Notes under the pieces: generated by a model
Seen by the model: the letters and a program-made list of their open reading frames with translations, nothing else
Told to the model about the DNA's origin: nothing
The model's database searches: none
Position numbers and translations under genes: made by a program
Shown: positions 20,826 through 38,013 of the stretch, in pieces
Numbering within the stretch: the first letter of the stretch is position 1
Layout: every line of letters starts with the position of its first letter
Source of the DNA: the human T2T-CHM13v2.0 reference genome, Homo sapiens
DNA: 64,000 nucleotides
Direction: 5' to 3' (one strand)
Assembly: GCF_009914755.1 (NCBI RefSeq)
Contig: NC_060930.1

Positions 20826-21320
20826 TGTCTTAGCCTGGCTTACCCCCTTGAAAGTTGAACCTAAGACAAGGGCTGACTTTTTAGGTAGTTTATTTTGGAC
20901 AGTGATCTCAGGAAGCAGAAGTGGATGACTAGGGAGAGTGAAACAGAGAGAGTCAGTACAAGGGTGTTCTCTAGTTTGTCATCACTGTGGGCAATGAGGC
21001 CTTGAGCCATGTAGAATATACTTCATAATTGTCAGCTTGACGCAAGAAGAGAGCAGTTACTTATTAGCTCCCTTCTTCCATTGGTCCAAGTTTCCTCCTT
21101 GGGGCCTGAGCCCCCTCATACTTCTAAGCTGTCATGTGTGAGTGCTAGGCAAATGTCCCTTCTTTATAGTGTCAGAGGAACTCAGGGACAGAAATTGAGA
21201 TGTATGCAATGCAGATGAGGAGAGATGCTCTCAGGTTACACCTGCAGGAAGCAGGTTGCTGCATCAATGGCTTTAGTAAAAGGTGGGCTGAGAGGATGAG
21301 AAACAGGGAACAAACCACTT
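20826..21320. mobile_element. Old ERVL-type LTR (LTR33-like)
   Basis: tgtcttagcctgg ... gtagtttattttggacagtgatctcaggaagc resembles LTR33 from memory. Confidence 0.45.
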
Positions 21321-23621
21321 CTAATGGGGTAATCAGATGTCCCATATTGATGAAGGAAAGTTCTACTTTATAAAAATAATTACGTCAAATAAAAGAGAAG
21401 TAATAGAATTAGGAAATCACCATTTTACAATTCCTCATGAATTAGTTGATTTAGGCAACAATTATCAAAATGGAAGGCTGATAGGGAACCCTGCAATGAA
21501 GGTCTCAGGCTAACACCACCTGTAACTATTAATCAATCTCAGTGTCACTATGAGTGGGGAGTCCACCCATATGTGCCTCCTGATATGGTGCTTTATGAAA
21601 TACATACCACCACCTAAGAAATATTTTAGCCAAAACAGTTGAATCTAAATCTCATCAAGTCTTGAGGACTAACTTCCAATCTTCTAGAAACATAGGAGAG
21701 GTAGAAATAAGTAAAATGGCATAACAAGGAAGCCAATGGACAAATCCAGCCTATGGGATAGTCTGCAAGCCAACTGCCTGGGTCTCTTCAACAGGACAAG
21801 GGAGGAAGAAGGGAGTAAAGGGACTCCCCTAGGTTGAAAGATTTTAAGAGGCAGAGCAAACCAAGTGTAATGTGTAGACCTTGTTTGGATTCTCATTCTA
21901 ACTAACTGTTAAATGTAAGTTTTGAGACACTCAAAGAAATTTGAATATAGTTTTCATACACTAGGTATTGCAAAAGACTTATTAATTGTACATGTGAGTC
22001 TATAAGAAAATGTTCATATTTTTAAGTGATGGATACTAATGTATATAGGGATAAAATAACACAATGCCAGGAATGTGCTTTAAGACACTTCAGGAAGGGA
22101 AAAATAGATGAAAGAAGTATGTTAAAAGAAGTATATTTAAGTTACTAAATTATTAGGTAACTTATTATGCTGCAGTAAATTACTGATACAATTATCTATT
22201 AATCTTTTTATAATTTAATACATAAAGTGAACCTGCCACTAACACAAGAACTAGAATATTGATCATAGCTTACTTCTATCTATGTGACCTTTCTCCATCC
22301 CTTTCCCCTTACTTACCAAATAAATCTTTATCCCAAATCTTGTATTTGTCATTCCATCACTTTTCAAAAATATAATTTAATAATATATGTATTCTTAAAA
22401 ATATGTCATTTAACAGTAGTTTGTTAGTTTTAAGTTAAAAATGAAGTTTCATGCCAGATGTAATTTTCTGTGGCCTTTTTAATTTATTCAACATTATTTT
22501 GCCAAGATTCACCCAAATCATACATACATAGTGGCAGTTCATTTGTTTTGACTGTTGTATAGTATCCATATCCACTCTTCTGTCAGTGGACATTGGGTTT
22601 GCTCTGGGGTGTTTTCTATTACAACAATGCTGCCATGAACAGGTTTACAAATGCCTCCAGGTGCACATGGCAAGGATTTATATCTAGCATTGGAATTGCT
22701 TGGTTGTAGAGTAGATGAATGAGCCAAACAGCTTTCCAAAGTGGCTATACCAATTTACACTTCCACCAGCCATTTTTGAGAGATCCTCTCATCACTTGAT
22801 ACTGTCAGATTTCTTAAAATTTCTACACAAATGGGTATAAAACAGAATCTCATTATGGTGTAGATATGCATTTCCCTTATCACTAGGAAGATAGCTGAAT
22901 GCACTTTCCATATTGTAGATTAGCCCTCAAAGATGGTGTGGGAAGTTAGAACTGTAATTCTTTATTGCAGTTGTTCTCTTTGGTTTAATTTTTAAGTCTT
23001 CCCGTCTCAGATCCTCACTCCTCATATTCACAATAGTCCTTTCTTGCCATTTCCTTTAATGTTCTAAGTGTTTGACCTTAGAACAACTGTAGTTAGAGAG
23101 GAAATGGACCAAGACCTACTCTCCTTTTTTCTAGTTTCTCTCCCTACAGGGCAGCAGTGTGGAATTGACTTGTGGAATTGACTAGCGGTGCTGCTAGTTA
23201 ATTTCACACTAGGATTAGCTCAACAGGGGAAGAAGTTGGTCCTTTTCTTTTACAAAGGCTCTTTCTGGGGGACTATTTTCTTTTAGAAACTTAGAATGAA
23301 AAGAAAAATCCGCTGAGAGGGTTTTTACTTGAATTGTAGACAGTATTATAAAATAGCCATCTAGGTTCTACACCTCTGTCCTAAATTAACTGTATGATCA
23401 GAGGCTAGTTACTTAACACCCTGAGTTTAAAATTACTCATTTGTAAAACAGAAGTCAATAATCTCTTGAGTCCATTTAAGTGCCAAAATGTTTTTATTCC
23501 ATGAACAAAATTAGCTAGTAAACTGACTTGTTCCTTAAGGTAATTTCATCTTCTCCACTTACTTGCTTCCTACCAACCTGATTGATCTTGGCATTAACAC
23601 AGGTTAAAACTTGAGGCCCTA

Positions 23622-23747
23622 GGCTGGTCGTGGTGGCTTCTGCCTGTAATTCCAGCACTTTGGGAGTCCAAGGCAGGAAGATCACTTGAAGCCAGGAGTT
23701 CAAGACCAGCCTGGACAAAAGTGAGATCCTGTCTCTACAAAAAAATT

Positions 23748-23777
<30 letters not shown>
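23622..23777 (+). mobile_element. Alu left monomer (FLAM-like) ending in a (CA)n microsatellite
   Basis: Alu match followed by about 14 CA units. Confidence 0.85.
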
Positions 23778-23779
<2 letters not shown>

Positions 23780-24891
23780 GATTTCAGACAGGGCCCTGTC
23801 ATGCTTCTTGAATCGTTATGTTTGCCACTGCATCCCCAGAACTCAATACTGTATCTGCCAAAGAATAGGCACCACATAAATATTTGTTCATCAGTTGAAT
23901 GAATAATGAATGAACAAGCTAGGTCTTTATGCTCCATTCCCATTTCCACTCCACCATCATACTCAAAATCAGAAGTTACTTGAGTTGTACTTTATTTATA
24001 ATGAGACGATCAGGAAGCACAGAGTAGAGAATGTCTCCAGTACTACAAGTCTAGCTGGCTCTCCATTACTGTTTAAATGTTCCTCATGAATAGCAAAGTA
24101 ACCACACCCAGCTGATCTCTGGGCTTGAGGACCAGATATCAGTATTTTTCAAATACTCTCCAGGAGGTTCTAATATACAGCCAGGTTGAGAATCACTATT
24201 ATAGAAAAAAATAAAATACTCTACTCTTTATTTCTGTTACTTTTTGTTGGCTTTCTCTCTCTCTCTTGTTTCTGCATTTCTTTGTTCCTTTCTCCTTTAT
24301 TTTTAAATAAATATTGGTTAGACTCCATTTTCTAGGGTTCTAGAGAAATTCTGGCAGATCTGAATACAGAAAACTCTCTTTCTGTTGCATAGAAGGCAGA
24401 TATAGGTAATATCAGGTAACGGAGGGATGAAAACATACAGCATTTATTACATGTATATGGACGATAACTTCAAATTATATAGAGTTGTTAAGGCATCTTG
24501 TCAGTAACAGCTGCCCTAGAGTAATAAATATAACCCCTAAATTATATGACAATATTCCCTCTGTCTTAAAATACAATTTCCTCTAAAATTGGAAAGTGTT
24601 TCATTCAGGGATGGGTGTTTCCATGGTTAAAAAAAATAAATCAGTTTGGTCAGTTAATTCTAATAAATCATTTTTCAAAAATTTAGTGAAAAAACTCTGT
24701 TTTTTCTGTTCAAGGCATTCTGTTCATAAGTTCAATGACCAATTCAGTTAAGTCAATTTGAAGCCCCATGTAGACTCACCCTAATTTCTTTTTAGAAATA
24801 GCTATTAACAGTCCCCCCAAATTAAAGTCACATATTCAAAGCCTATTATGATGTGGCCATAGGTAAATGGACCTTTAAAAACTATTTCTTA

Positions 24892-25236
<345 letters not shown>

Positions 25237-26041
25237 TCATAAATGAGAGAGAGAGACTCCTTTATTAACCTTGGCAATATGGCAGTATGGAAGAGATATC
25301 AACTGGCTAGGCTGCAAAGAATTTGTAAAAGACCTTTTGAGAAAATCAGGTGACTAGGGCAATTTATGTAAGGTTATTGCCCAGAAGCTGACACTCACAT
25401 AAAAGAGATGTCATTGTCAACTACTACAGTGTCAGAGCTGTTTCTCAAAATTATCCTGGTTTAAATCAAGCAGAAGAGCTTACTCTAGTGTTTTCTGTTC
25501 TTTGAAATCATGCCATAAATAAACATCTGTAATAAATATGTCTGAACATTATAGGGCTAGTATGACTATGTTGGGAGTAATAGATTTGAAGTGCATGACG
25601 AAATAAAAGGAATATGCTGATGTCAAAGGAAGTAAAAGTTGCTTTATTTGTCTAAGAATAAAAGACATTGGGTCCCCAAAGTCTAAACAAAGAACAGCTC
25701 TACAAAAGATGCTCTTCCCATGGATAGTGACACAGCTCAGTGACAAGTGATCAGTCATGGGAGCCAGATGCCCTGTGTTTGAGTCCCAGCTTTGCTGTTA
25801 ACCAACAGTACAATGTTGGGCAAATTATGTAACTTCTCAGTACTGTTGTTTTCTTATTGGGAAGAACAGCAATACCTATGGCAATGGGTAATTTTGAAGA
25901 GTAGCCTGAGTTCATAAAGTATGATCAGTGCCTGGCACATAGTAAGTTTATAACATAAACTTATTAATATTATTATTATTCTCCACTTTTCAAGGAAAAG
26001 TTCTCCTAACTTCAAATCAATAATAATTTGTGTGTGTGTGT

Positions 26042-27353
<1,312 letters not shown>

Positions 27354-28519
27354 TTAAAAATATATTTCTATAGTTGATTTACTTAAATCAAGATCCAAAC
27401 CTTTTAGTTTATATTTTGGAAGCTATTTCAGCTTTATACTTATTCTAAAGGAAAATGAATGACTACAGCTGCAACTTGAAATTGAAATCATTATAATAAG
27501 AGAAAGCTAGAATGAGAAATGGGAGTCTCACAATAGGTTTGGGTTTTATCTGTAATACTGACCTAGGGTTCTATTACATGATGTTTGAGTCTTTTGCTAC
27601 TGCAATAAGAAGAAAAATAATTTTTCTAAAGTACTGTGGTGTAAGAAGCATAGAGAGTTCGAAAATAGCCTGTCTGTGGGCATTGCAATCCCCTGAAGTT
27701 GCGTGATCTGGTCAACATCTCAGTCTTTGAAAGTCTTCTGGTTGTAGCTCCTACTTCTCTATTCCATACTCTCTCTTTTCTTCCTTGTAAGTATTTCCAA
27801 AGGACTTGTCTGTGACATTTGTACCTTGGTTCTCCTATTTTACAATCATGCTTCAGTTTTTTTTTTTTCTTTCTCTTCAGGACTCCTTGCATACCTCTTA
27901 AGACATGAACCTAATATTTTTATTGGACTTCATTGTTTTTACAGTTGCTTTAATATGACTGCCATTGCAGCCCTCAGGTATTCTTACAAAAAGACACTTA
28001 ATTAATTACTTTATTGGTTACTAATAATTATCAGACTATATGAGGTTTCCCTTTCAATGTAGGTGGGTAGGAAATAAGTAGCAAAGGTAGTATTTAAATA
28101 GAGAAAATGTTAATATGTTTATATTGGGGGGATTCTAAAAATAAATAAACACACATCCTCTGTGAAGTCCTACAACATACCCTCTTACAGCTATGAAAGC
28201 TAATGAGAAAATCATCTTTATTGATTAGGATCTCAAAATAGAGCCTTTTATCTTGTCTACTTCTTTTCCTCAGGTTCCATTTATTATCATAAAATCACCA
28301 CTGCTATTCTTCTCTTTGTAATACCGTCTACAGTCCAGTTTATTAAAGCTGGGTAGAGTGATAGTTAAGATCCTAGCGTCTGAAATCAGCTTGGATTCAA
28401 ATCCCAGCTTCATTACTTCTTAGCTGTGTTTTTGGGAAAATCATTTAGTCTTTTCTGTGACTTGGTTTCCTCATCTATAAAAATGGGTGTAATATACCTA
28501 CATACCTACCTTATTATAT

Positions 28520-28957
28520 ATTTGATTATAGTTTGGCAAATATTCACTCCTATCTCCCTTGGGGTAGAGTATTTTTTCCTCCCTGCCAATGTTAGTCTTG
28601 GTCATGGGATGTGGGTAGAAGTGACAGTGTGCCAGTTCCAAGCATCCTGAACCCAGGCATCATGTGTTTCCGTTTGTACTCTTACACTCCTACCGACACC
28701 GTGAGAAGAATACGCTCCACGTAGCTGTTTGTCCTGAATGATAAGAGACATATGGAGCAGACCTGCTCCAACACACACCCTGGAGCCAAATCTACCCTGC
28801 TCACAGCTGGAAGCAGAGGTATGCAGCAGAGCTCAGCCTAGCTCACCCAAACAATAGTTGCCCTGCAGACTGATGAAAAAGATAACTGTTGCTGTAAGTT
28901 ACTGGGTTTTTGGGTGGCTTGTTACAAAGTGTTATTGCAGCAATAGCTAACTAACAC
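28520..28957. mobile_element. MLT1-type LTR nested in a MIR (~28340-29060)
   Basis: gtagaagtgacagtgtgccagttccaagc ... gcagcaatagctaactaaca; MIR halves on both sides. Confidence 0.6.
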
Positions 28958-30204
28958 ATAAAATTATTGGAAGGATCAAATGAGATAATTTATGTAAATA
29001 ATTTAGCATAGTGCTAGCCATATAGTCATGCTCAATTCAGGTTGCTATTATTATAATATTATTATTATTTTACTTTTCTGGGTACAAAAATCTAAGTTAT
29101 ATACTGTGGTTAATTAATAACACAGTGTTAGATCCTCTACAATGAGCAAGAGTCTGAGTTGGCTTCCACACAGCTCTTGGTATTGACCATAGATGGTACT
29201 GAATCTGGCAGATGTGGACAACTCTCTGACTCTCCCTGTGGCTCATGTGGTTCCACCCCTTTTATCCTTCACCCTATTCAATATCTTATCTAGTTTGTGG
29301 GGTGTGAAAAATTGTCTCACAAGCATGCATCTGAATATTTTGTCTTACGTTTATTCCAGTGGCTATTAAACTCCATGCTTGCTACCTTTATTCTCTAATT
29401 TCCCCAAATAGAAGACTCCTATACAGGCTATGAAGGGTGAAAGAAAGAGGAGGAAGTCCTTTGAGATGTAACTCAAGAAATTATATGAGGTAGTAGGAAG
29501 GCGGAGACAGATAAGAAGTAATGAGAAGTCACAACTAACATTTTTCTTAAGTTTAAACTTAGTTTGCTATATATATTTTAGTTTCCATTACAGTTAATAC
29601 CTGGGGTTACATTGTTACATTCAATGTGTTAAAAAGGAAATGTGTTTATCAAAAAGACTATTACTAAAAATGTGAACTCCACATCATCATGTACGTAATA
29701 TCAAGTCAACAAACATTTTGGGGGGCACCTGCTATGTATCTTGTAGTGAGACATGATAACATAATACATACTATATTTTACTGATTCTGAGACACACATT
29801 TGTTCATATTTTAATGTCTCTGAAATCAAGATGTAGCTGGGACTATGGGCATGCACCACCGTGCCCAGCAGAAGTATAATTTTTCTTGTTTTTGCAAAGT
29901 GAGATAGTTATTATGCATTGGGCTCTATTATCCAAAATATTCATTCCTTCACTTCATGCCTATGTTCAATTAGATACCAATTCCTAAGGGTTCTGTCGAT
30001 AAGATAACTCTCAGATAAAGAATTCCTCCCAACCACTACTGTACTAGACTAAGCAATCATTTATTACCTCTTGGACTATTGTAAACCCCTCTTATGTAAT
30101 TTATTATCTCTGATCTCCCTTTCTGCCTTTTATCTGTGGTCAGGGTGATTATCCTATCTCACATTTATGATCATATCTCTCCTATATTTAAAAAGACACA
30201 GTGA

Positions 30205-30499
30205 GGCCAGGAATGGTGGCTCACACCTGTAATCCCAGCACTTTGGGATGCTGAGGCAGGTGGATCGCTTGAGGTCGGGAGTTCAAGACCAGTTTTGGCA
30301 ACATGGCAAAACCCTGTCTCTACAAAAAATACAAAAATTAGCTGGGTAGGGTGGCACATGCCTGTAGTCTCAGCTACTCAGGAGACTGAGGTAGGATGAT
30401 CACTTGAGCCTGAGAGGTAGAGGTTGCCGTAAGCCATGATTGCACCACTGCACTCCAGCCTGGGCAACAGAGGGAGACCCTGTCTCGAAAAAAAAAAAA
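30205..30499 (+). mobile_element. Alu (J/S)
   Basis: Alu match. Confidence 0.88.
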
Positions 30500-31355
30500 G
30501 TGGTTTCAAGGACTCCCAGAAAAATGTACGTGCTCTTTTAGCATAATATTCAAGACCATTGACAATCTGGTCTTATCCTACCTTCAAAGTGACCTCATAG
30601 CCCCCTTTAATACATTCATCCCAGCATACTGAATTATTCACTCTTCCCTTAACTCTATTTGTACTTTCACATCTTGACACCTTTGTTTATATTATGCTTT
30701 CTGCCTAGAATGCTCCTCCCCCTTCCTCCCTTACCTGACAATATCCTACCCATCATCCTTCAAGGCCCAGCTCAGAGGGTCACTGCTTCTGTCCCTCCTT
30801 CAGGATTAGTTATCTGCTTTTCTTAATCCCCATCTCACTTTTATTTTTACTTTTTTTTTTTTTTTTGAGACCGGGTCTCACTCTTGTTGCTCAACCTGGA
30901 GTGCAATGGTGCAATCTTGGCTCACTGCAACCTCTACCTCCCAGGCTCAAGCAATCCTCCCACGTCCCCTTCAGGTAGCTGGGACTACAGGCATGTGCAT
31001 GCACCATACCCAACTAATTTTTGTATTTTTGGTAGAGGCAGGGTTTCACCATGTTACCAAGGCTGGTCTTAAACTTCTGGGCTGAAGTGATCTACCCACC
31101 TCAGCCTCCCAAATTGTTGGGATTACAGGCATGAGCCGCTGTGCCTGGCCTCCCACCTGACTTTTAAAACACCTTTATCATTTATGTTTATGTTCACAGT
31201 GGCTGCTGTGTATTTAGTGGGCTCCAAATACAATGTTTGTTAAATATTTATAGTGCAGCTACTTGGGAGGCTGAGGTGGGATGCTTTCTTGAGCCCAGGT
31301 ATTTAATGCTGCAGTGAGCCATGATCATGCCACTGCACTCCAGTGTGGGTGACAG
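30486..31355 (+). repeat. Left arm of a long inverted duplication (includes minus Alu 30851-31150)
   Basis: Reverse complement of 32527-33430, aligned by eye. Confidence 0.95.
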
Positions 31356-32121
31356 GGCAAGACCCTGTCTCTAAAAAAACAAAGTTTGTTTAATAGAGAA
31401 AATTTATTTCCTCCACTTTACCCATTTTTATGCAATATAGATGAAGACAGCAAAAGGCAAATTCACAACAGAAGTTTGGTTAATGAAATGTACATGGAAC
31501 ATATACCCTAGGATATAAACACATTTAGCACAGTCCACTCTCATTGTACTTTACAACCACACATTGTGGCATTAATAAATCTGACGTATTACAAAATCTT
31601 CACAATCTAAGTATTTTAGGGTATATGTCCCACCTCCTAGAAGCCACCAATAAATACCGTGCTGCCCCACTAGCTGCCCAAGATGCTCTTTTTTCATCTC
31701 AGGTGGGAGAGTCCACTGCCTGGTGTCAGGACGTTGCTCCATATGCCTATAGGTTGGGAGAGCAAGATTCAAAATCTTTGTCTTCCACAGTGGAAGGCAA
31801 GGTTATATATCCCAACAAGACCACACTCAGTGAGGAATTCCTCCAAAGGTAAAAGCCCAAAGGAGTGTTACAGTGTTTTCTCAGACTACTCACTGTAGCC
31901 ACTTTATAGCAATTCATTCTATTAGGAAAGTGAATGGAGGTCTATAAAATAATTTTGAAAGGGCAGGCAAAGATCAAATTGTGCAAACATTAAGTACTCC
32001 AAATCAAAACATGACTGACCTGAAAATTCATCCTATGGATGTACTGGCAATCTTTAAATGCAAACTTTGAAAGGCAAATTTGGTAACCCACATACTAAAT
32101 GTCAATTAATTAGAATGTTTA

Positions 32122-32415
32122 GGCCACATGTAGTGGCTCAGGCCTGTAATCCCAGCACTTTGGGAGGCCAAGGCAGGCAGATTGCGTGAGTCCAGGAGTT
32201 CAAGATCAGCCTGGGTGACATGGCAAAACCCTGTTTCTATAAAAAATACAAAAATTAGCTGGGCGTGGTGGGGCATATCTGTGGTCCCAGCTACTCAGGA
32301 AGCTGAGGTAGGGGAATCACTTGAGCCTAGGAGGTTGAGGCTGCAGTGAGCCAAGATCGCACCACTGTACTCCACCCTGGATGACAAAGTGAGGCCCTGT
32401 CTCAAAAACAAACAA
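32122..32415 (+). mobile_element. AluJ in the spacer of the inverted duplication
   Basis: Alu match. Confidence 0.85.
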
Positions 32416-32526
32416 AGGAATATTTAGGGAATTGAATCTTCTTGTTAAATTTCTAACTAGCTGTGATTAAGCTGTTAAAAAGATCCACAAACATTTATAT
32501 TTCAGATCTCGCCACTAAAAGTTTTG

Positions 32527-33430
32527 CTGTCACCCACTCTGGAGTGCAGTGGCATGATCATGGCTCATTGCTGCATTAAATGCCTAGGCTCAAGAAAGTA
32601 CCCCACCTCAGCCTCCCAAGTAGCTGCACTATAAATATTTAACAAACATTTTATTTGGAACCCACTAAATACAAGCACATTAGCAGGCACTGTAAACATA
32701 AACATAAATGACAAAGATGTTTTAAAAGTCAGGTGGGAGGCCAGGCACAGCGGCTCATGCGTGTAATCTCAACAATTTGGGAGGCTGAGGTGGGTAGATC
32801 ACTTCAGCCCAGAAGTTTGAGACCAGCCTTGGCAACATGGTGAAACACTGCCTCTACCAAAAATAACAAAAATTAGTTGGGTATGGTGCATGCACATGCC
32901 TGTAGCCCCAGCTACCTGAGGGGGAGGTGGGAGGATTGCTTGAGCCTGGGAGGTAGAAGTTGCAGTGAGCCAAGATTGCACCATTGCACTCCAGGTTGAG
33001 CAACAAGAGTGAGACCCGGTCTCAAAAAAAAAAAAAAAAAGTAAAAATAAAAGTGAGATGGGGATTAAGAAAAGCAGATAACTAATCCTGAAGGAGGGAC
33101 AGAAGCAGTGACCCCCTGAGCTGGGCCTTGAAGGATGATGGGTAGGATATTGTCAGGTAAAGGAGGAAGGGGGAGGAGCATTCTAGGCAGAAAGCATAAT
33201 ATAAACAAAGGTGTCAAGATGTGAAAGTACAAACAGTTAAGGGAAGAGTGAATAATTCAGTATGCTGGGATGAATGTATTAAAGAGGGCTATGAGGTCAC
33301 TTCAAAAGTAGAATAAGACCAGATTGTCAATGGTCTTGAATATTATGCTAAAAGAGCATGTACTTTTTTCTGAGAGTCCTTGAAACCTCTCTTCTTTTTT
33401 TCTTTTCTCTTTTCTTTTCTTTTGTTTTCG
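32527..33430 (-). repeat. Right arm of the long inverted duplication (includes plus Alu 32739-33040)
   Basis: Reverse complement of 30486-31355. Confidence 0.95.
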
Positions 33431-36400
33431 CTGCAAAAGCAGAGATGCCCATACCTTAGAGTTTTCCTGTGGTCTGACCTGCTGAACCCCTGGCTCCTGC
33501 CTGTTTCCCAAGCTTCCCCAAGCCTCCCTCAGCCTCCTAGGACCTATGAGCTCTGCTTCTCCACGTCCCCTTCCCCCTTCTTCCAGTGTTATTTTTTTTT
33601 AGACAGTTAGAGTTTATTATTGTTATTTGCAAGCAAGAACCCTGACTGATACTATCAGTACTGCAAGGGAGCAGAGAGTTCTGGACCTGGAGTCAGATTG
33701 CTGGGCCACTTAGTAAATGTGTATCTTCCAGCAAATGCTTGATCTCTTTAACCCTCCATTTTCTCATCTGTAAAATGGGAGTAAAACCAATAATTATGTC
33801 ATAGGGTTCTTGTGAGGATTGAATAAAATAATCTCTATGAAGTATTTAGCACAAGCCCTGGTACATAAAGAAGCATTCGATAAATAGTAGGTTTTGTTAT
33901 TACTAAAATTCTTTGTAATGTCCATGTGTTCACTCCACAAAACTCTGTTGCTCACTACATGAAAAACGCACCCCCATGCATACTGTGTTCAGTGTGGCGC
34001 TTAATTTTTTCCCAAGGGGTTTGGTTTGTTTTGCTTTATTTTCCAGTTTAGGACTTCAGTGCCTTTCCACACTGTATATCCTGAGATTTTCTTCTGGGCA
34101 CAGCTTCTGGTCACTCTATCTGTATTTTCTTTCTTCATTTTTGTTGTACCAGCTCTGCTCCACCTCCAGGCCACCAAAAGGTGATCAGCTGCAGGTGGAG
34201 AGGACAAAATTGGTTGAAGCACGTCCTTTTTCTGCATCTGGTATACAGGGTTAGCAGCTTTAATGAAAATTTAAAAAACGAAACAAAACAAATGCACAGT
34301 CTATATCCTAAGACTTATTATGGAATCCTTAATTTATCTACTTAGCTTTTGATGGATTTTTTTTTTCTTCCACTGAAATGTATAATGTCCTCTCATAGTT
34401 AAACTGCAGAATCTTTTCCACTCAACTTCCTCGTTCTGGGATATAATAAATAGACAACGTATGGCCCAACAGCACACTGGAGACAAATTTTCTGTGATAG
34501 AAAAATGTTTTTTACTACACATAATGTTTCTCAAAGGAAGTAGGTCAAAACATAGATATCAATCCTCTATAACCATTTACTGAATACCATATTTGGTTTG
34601 AGAATATTAAAATGTAGTATGTTACTTTTCAAAGGTTGAGCATATTGCTATGGCTATTTTAATTTCCATAGCAGCTAGATGTAAATTAGAATAAAGAAGA
34701 AATTAAAATTATTTACCATCTCTGCATGCTTTATTTTCCAAAAAAAAAAAAATGTGATAAAAAGGCTCAGCAGAGAGGAGCAGCAGAGTAGTATAGGTAA
34801 AAGCATCTCTCGCCTTTGTGGGAGTTGGCAGGTTGGGGCTTCTGGCCCGGATGGGCTGCCTCCTAGTATAACCCTGTGCTCAGCCTCACTTCCCTGAGGT
34901 GTGAAATAGAGACAATAACACCCTCAGTGTTGGTTGTGAGAAATCAATAACATAATATGTGCAAAATACTTGGCTCACAGAAGGAATTCAATACCCAATA
35001 ATTGATGTTATAGCTCAACAAAGGATTGTGAGAGATTTAATAATTTTAATGATATTTGATTATCTAAAGGAAATATGATTTTATCTAAAAGGAATATTAT
35101 TTTAAGTCTACACTAGTATCTATATAAATCAAAGAGAAGAATTCTGATTTCATCAGTGGATATTATCAAGGAAGGCAGTGGCAACGCAAGATAACTCAAG
35201 ACACTGTTAAGTTTTATAGTTACTATAATTTTGAATAATTACTGAAAAATGTTCTCTGTTTCAGTTGGTCCTGGTATAATATTTCTTTGGGGCCACAACT
35301 CCAAAGAAACTATTTTTGTTTGGATACTATTTATATATTAAATAATTAGGCAGATGATGCCTCAAATCTACCTGAGTCAGAAAACTCCATTTTAAAAAAT
35401 TAGTAAACACAAGATTGAGTCATAGGGTAAATATATGTATGAACTATAAGTATCAACGTAAAAGCCTCCGGTATTTACTAAACATAAGCTTCTTTATTTC
35501 TGTATACCTGAATTGAATCTCTGTTTCATAAGTCTACTATGCTAAGAGGCAGAAATGAAATCTCCATATAATCTCAGTTGATTTGGAATTCTCTTGCCCA
35601 CCTCCTACACCTCCTAGTGCCTTTCTCATCAGGCTGGCATCTACATGGGGGGTATGGGGTGGGGGGCATCTACTCCACAGCCTCAGTCATCTCTCCAGCT
35701 GGCATCCTCTGAGATAGAAGTCCTCGTGGAGTCTCTGATCAAACATTTTGGGTGCAGGGCTACTCTGCTTCTGCAGTCTCTCAAAGCCACAGCTCTTTTA
35801 CTCTCTGCTGCACATGAAACATACACGTTATGGTAGGTAGAGCATACTTATGGTCACCCCAGGACCTTCTGCCCAGGCTCCTCCATATACTATGCCTACC
35901 CTACGGTGCCTGCCTGTACCATGTTGGATTGGCCTATTCTGTAAGGCTCACTGCTGTTCCAGGCTCCATTTCAGAAGGGAGACAGAGTCACCTCTTCTCT
36001 CTACCCTCTGCCTTCAGATTTCCTCAAACCCATTCCCGTTTCTCCCCCCAACCCTGGGCACTGGGACCTGGTCGGAAATCTAATGTCTAAGCTCTTTTGC
36101 TCATTTGCTCCTTCCTTCTCCCAACCCCATAGAATCATGTTCTCTTTCTGGACTGGGAAAATTCCCTTTGGCATATCATTCCTTTTCCTAAACCTACGTT
36201 TATGGCCAACTTTATAATCTGAATCCTTCAGGTCACCAAGTGTTGACACAAAATCTCGGCTTTTCAGGCTGCTCTGTCTATGGAATAGCCATTCTTTTAT
36301 TCCTGTACTTTCTTAATAAGCTTGCTTTCACTTTGAAAAAAAAAATCTAGGCTTTTCAAACTTGAAGAAAAATGTTTTCTTTCAAACCATTGTTTCTGTC

Positions 36401-36436
36401 TTGAATTTCACATTTCCATTTTAAAACCCAAAATCA

Positions 36437-37105
<669 letters not shown>

Positions 37106-37781
37106 TGTGAATTTCTTCTGTAACATCCTCACCCTGAAGCAATGGATGCCAAATCTAATTTGAATAAATGAGTGTGTGAGATAGAAAAGAATTAGTGGAT
37201 ACAAACAAAACAAAAACACTTCTTAATATATCAAAATATCTCACCACAAGTGGAAGTTGTCTTACGCTTTAGTTTCTCCTTAGTTGCCTGACCTAAATTA
37301 TTTTTTAGTTAATGACTTGAGAGACTTACTATACAAATGGACAGACCATGCATGACAAGAGAACTCTGATCTACAACTGCTGCAGCAACAAGGCAGAGAA
37401 GCCGAACCACCATCTCTGGCTTCAATCAGAATGGTTAGGACTTGGTCAATGCCTGCCAGCTTCTTAATTTCTTACTGCCACCTCCATACCCTCTCCCTCT
37501 TCCCCCACCACCCTTCCAACTCAGGACCAACCATCGAACTCCAAATATCTCCAAATATGCTCCCCAAACCAATCACATAAGATGCCCTGCTTCTAGTTGC
37601 CTGGCCTTTTGGATAGCCTTCCTCAGCTTCTCCAGGCCAACAACATCCAATCAGAGCACACCTGAAGCCTTTCTTGTTTTTACACTGTGAAACTTTCCCA
37701 CTCCCACACCTGCCTTTGAATCTCTGCCAAATGCAAGTGATGGTGGCTGTCTCCCTTACTTTAAATAAATAGCCTTTGTTC

Positions 37782-38013
37782 ATGAGAACACATGGACACA
37801 GGAAGGGGAACATCACACTCTGGGGACTGTTGTGGGGTGGGGGGAGGGGGGAGGGATAGCTTTAGGAGATATACCTAATGCTAAATGACGAGTTAATGGG
37901 TGCAGCACACCAGCATGGCACATGTATACATATGTAACTAACCTGCACATTGTGCACATGTACCCTAAAACGTAAGTATAATAATAATAAAATTTTTTTA
38001 AAAAGCAAAAAAA
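37782..38013 (+). mobile_element. Short L1PA 3' end, probably inserted in an older LTR relic
   Basis: L1 3' UTR G-tract and tail; 15-bp TSD AAATAGCCTTTGTTC (37767-37781, 38014-38028). Confidence 0.92.
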
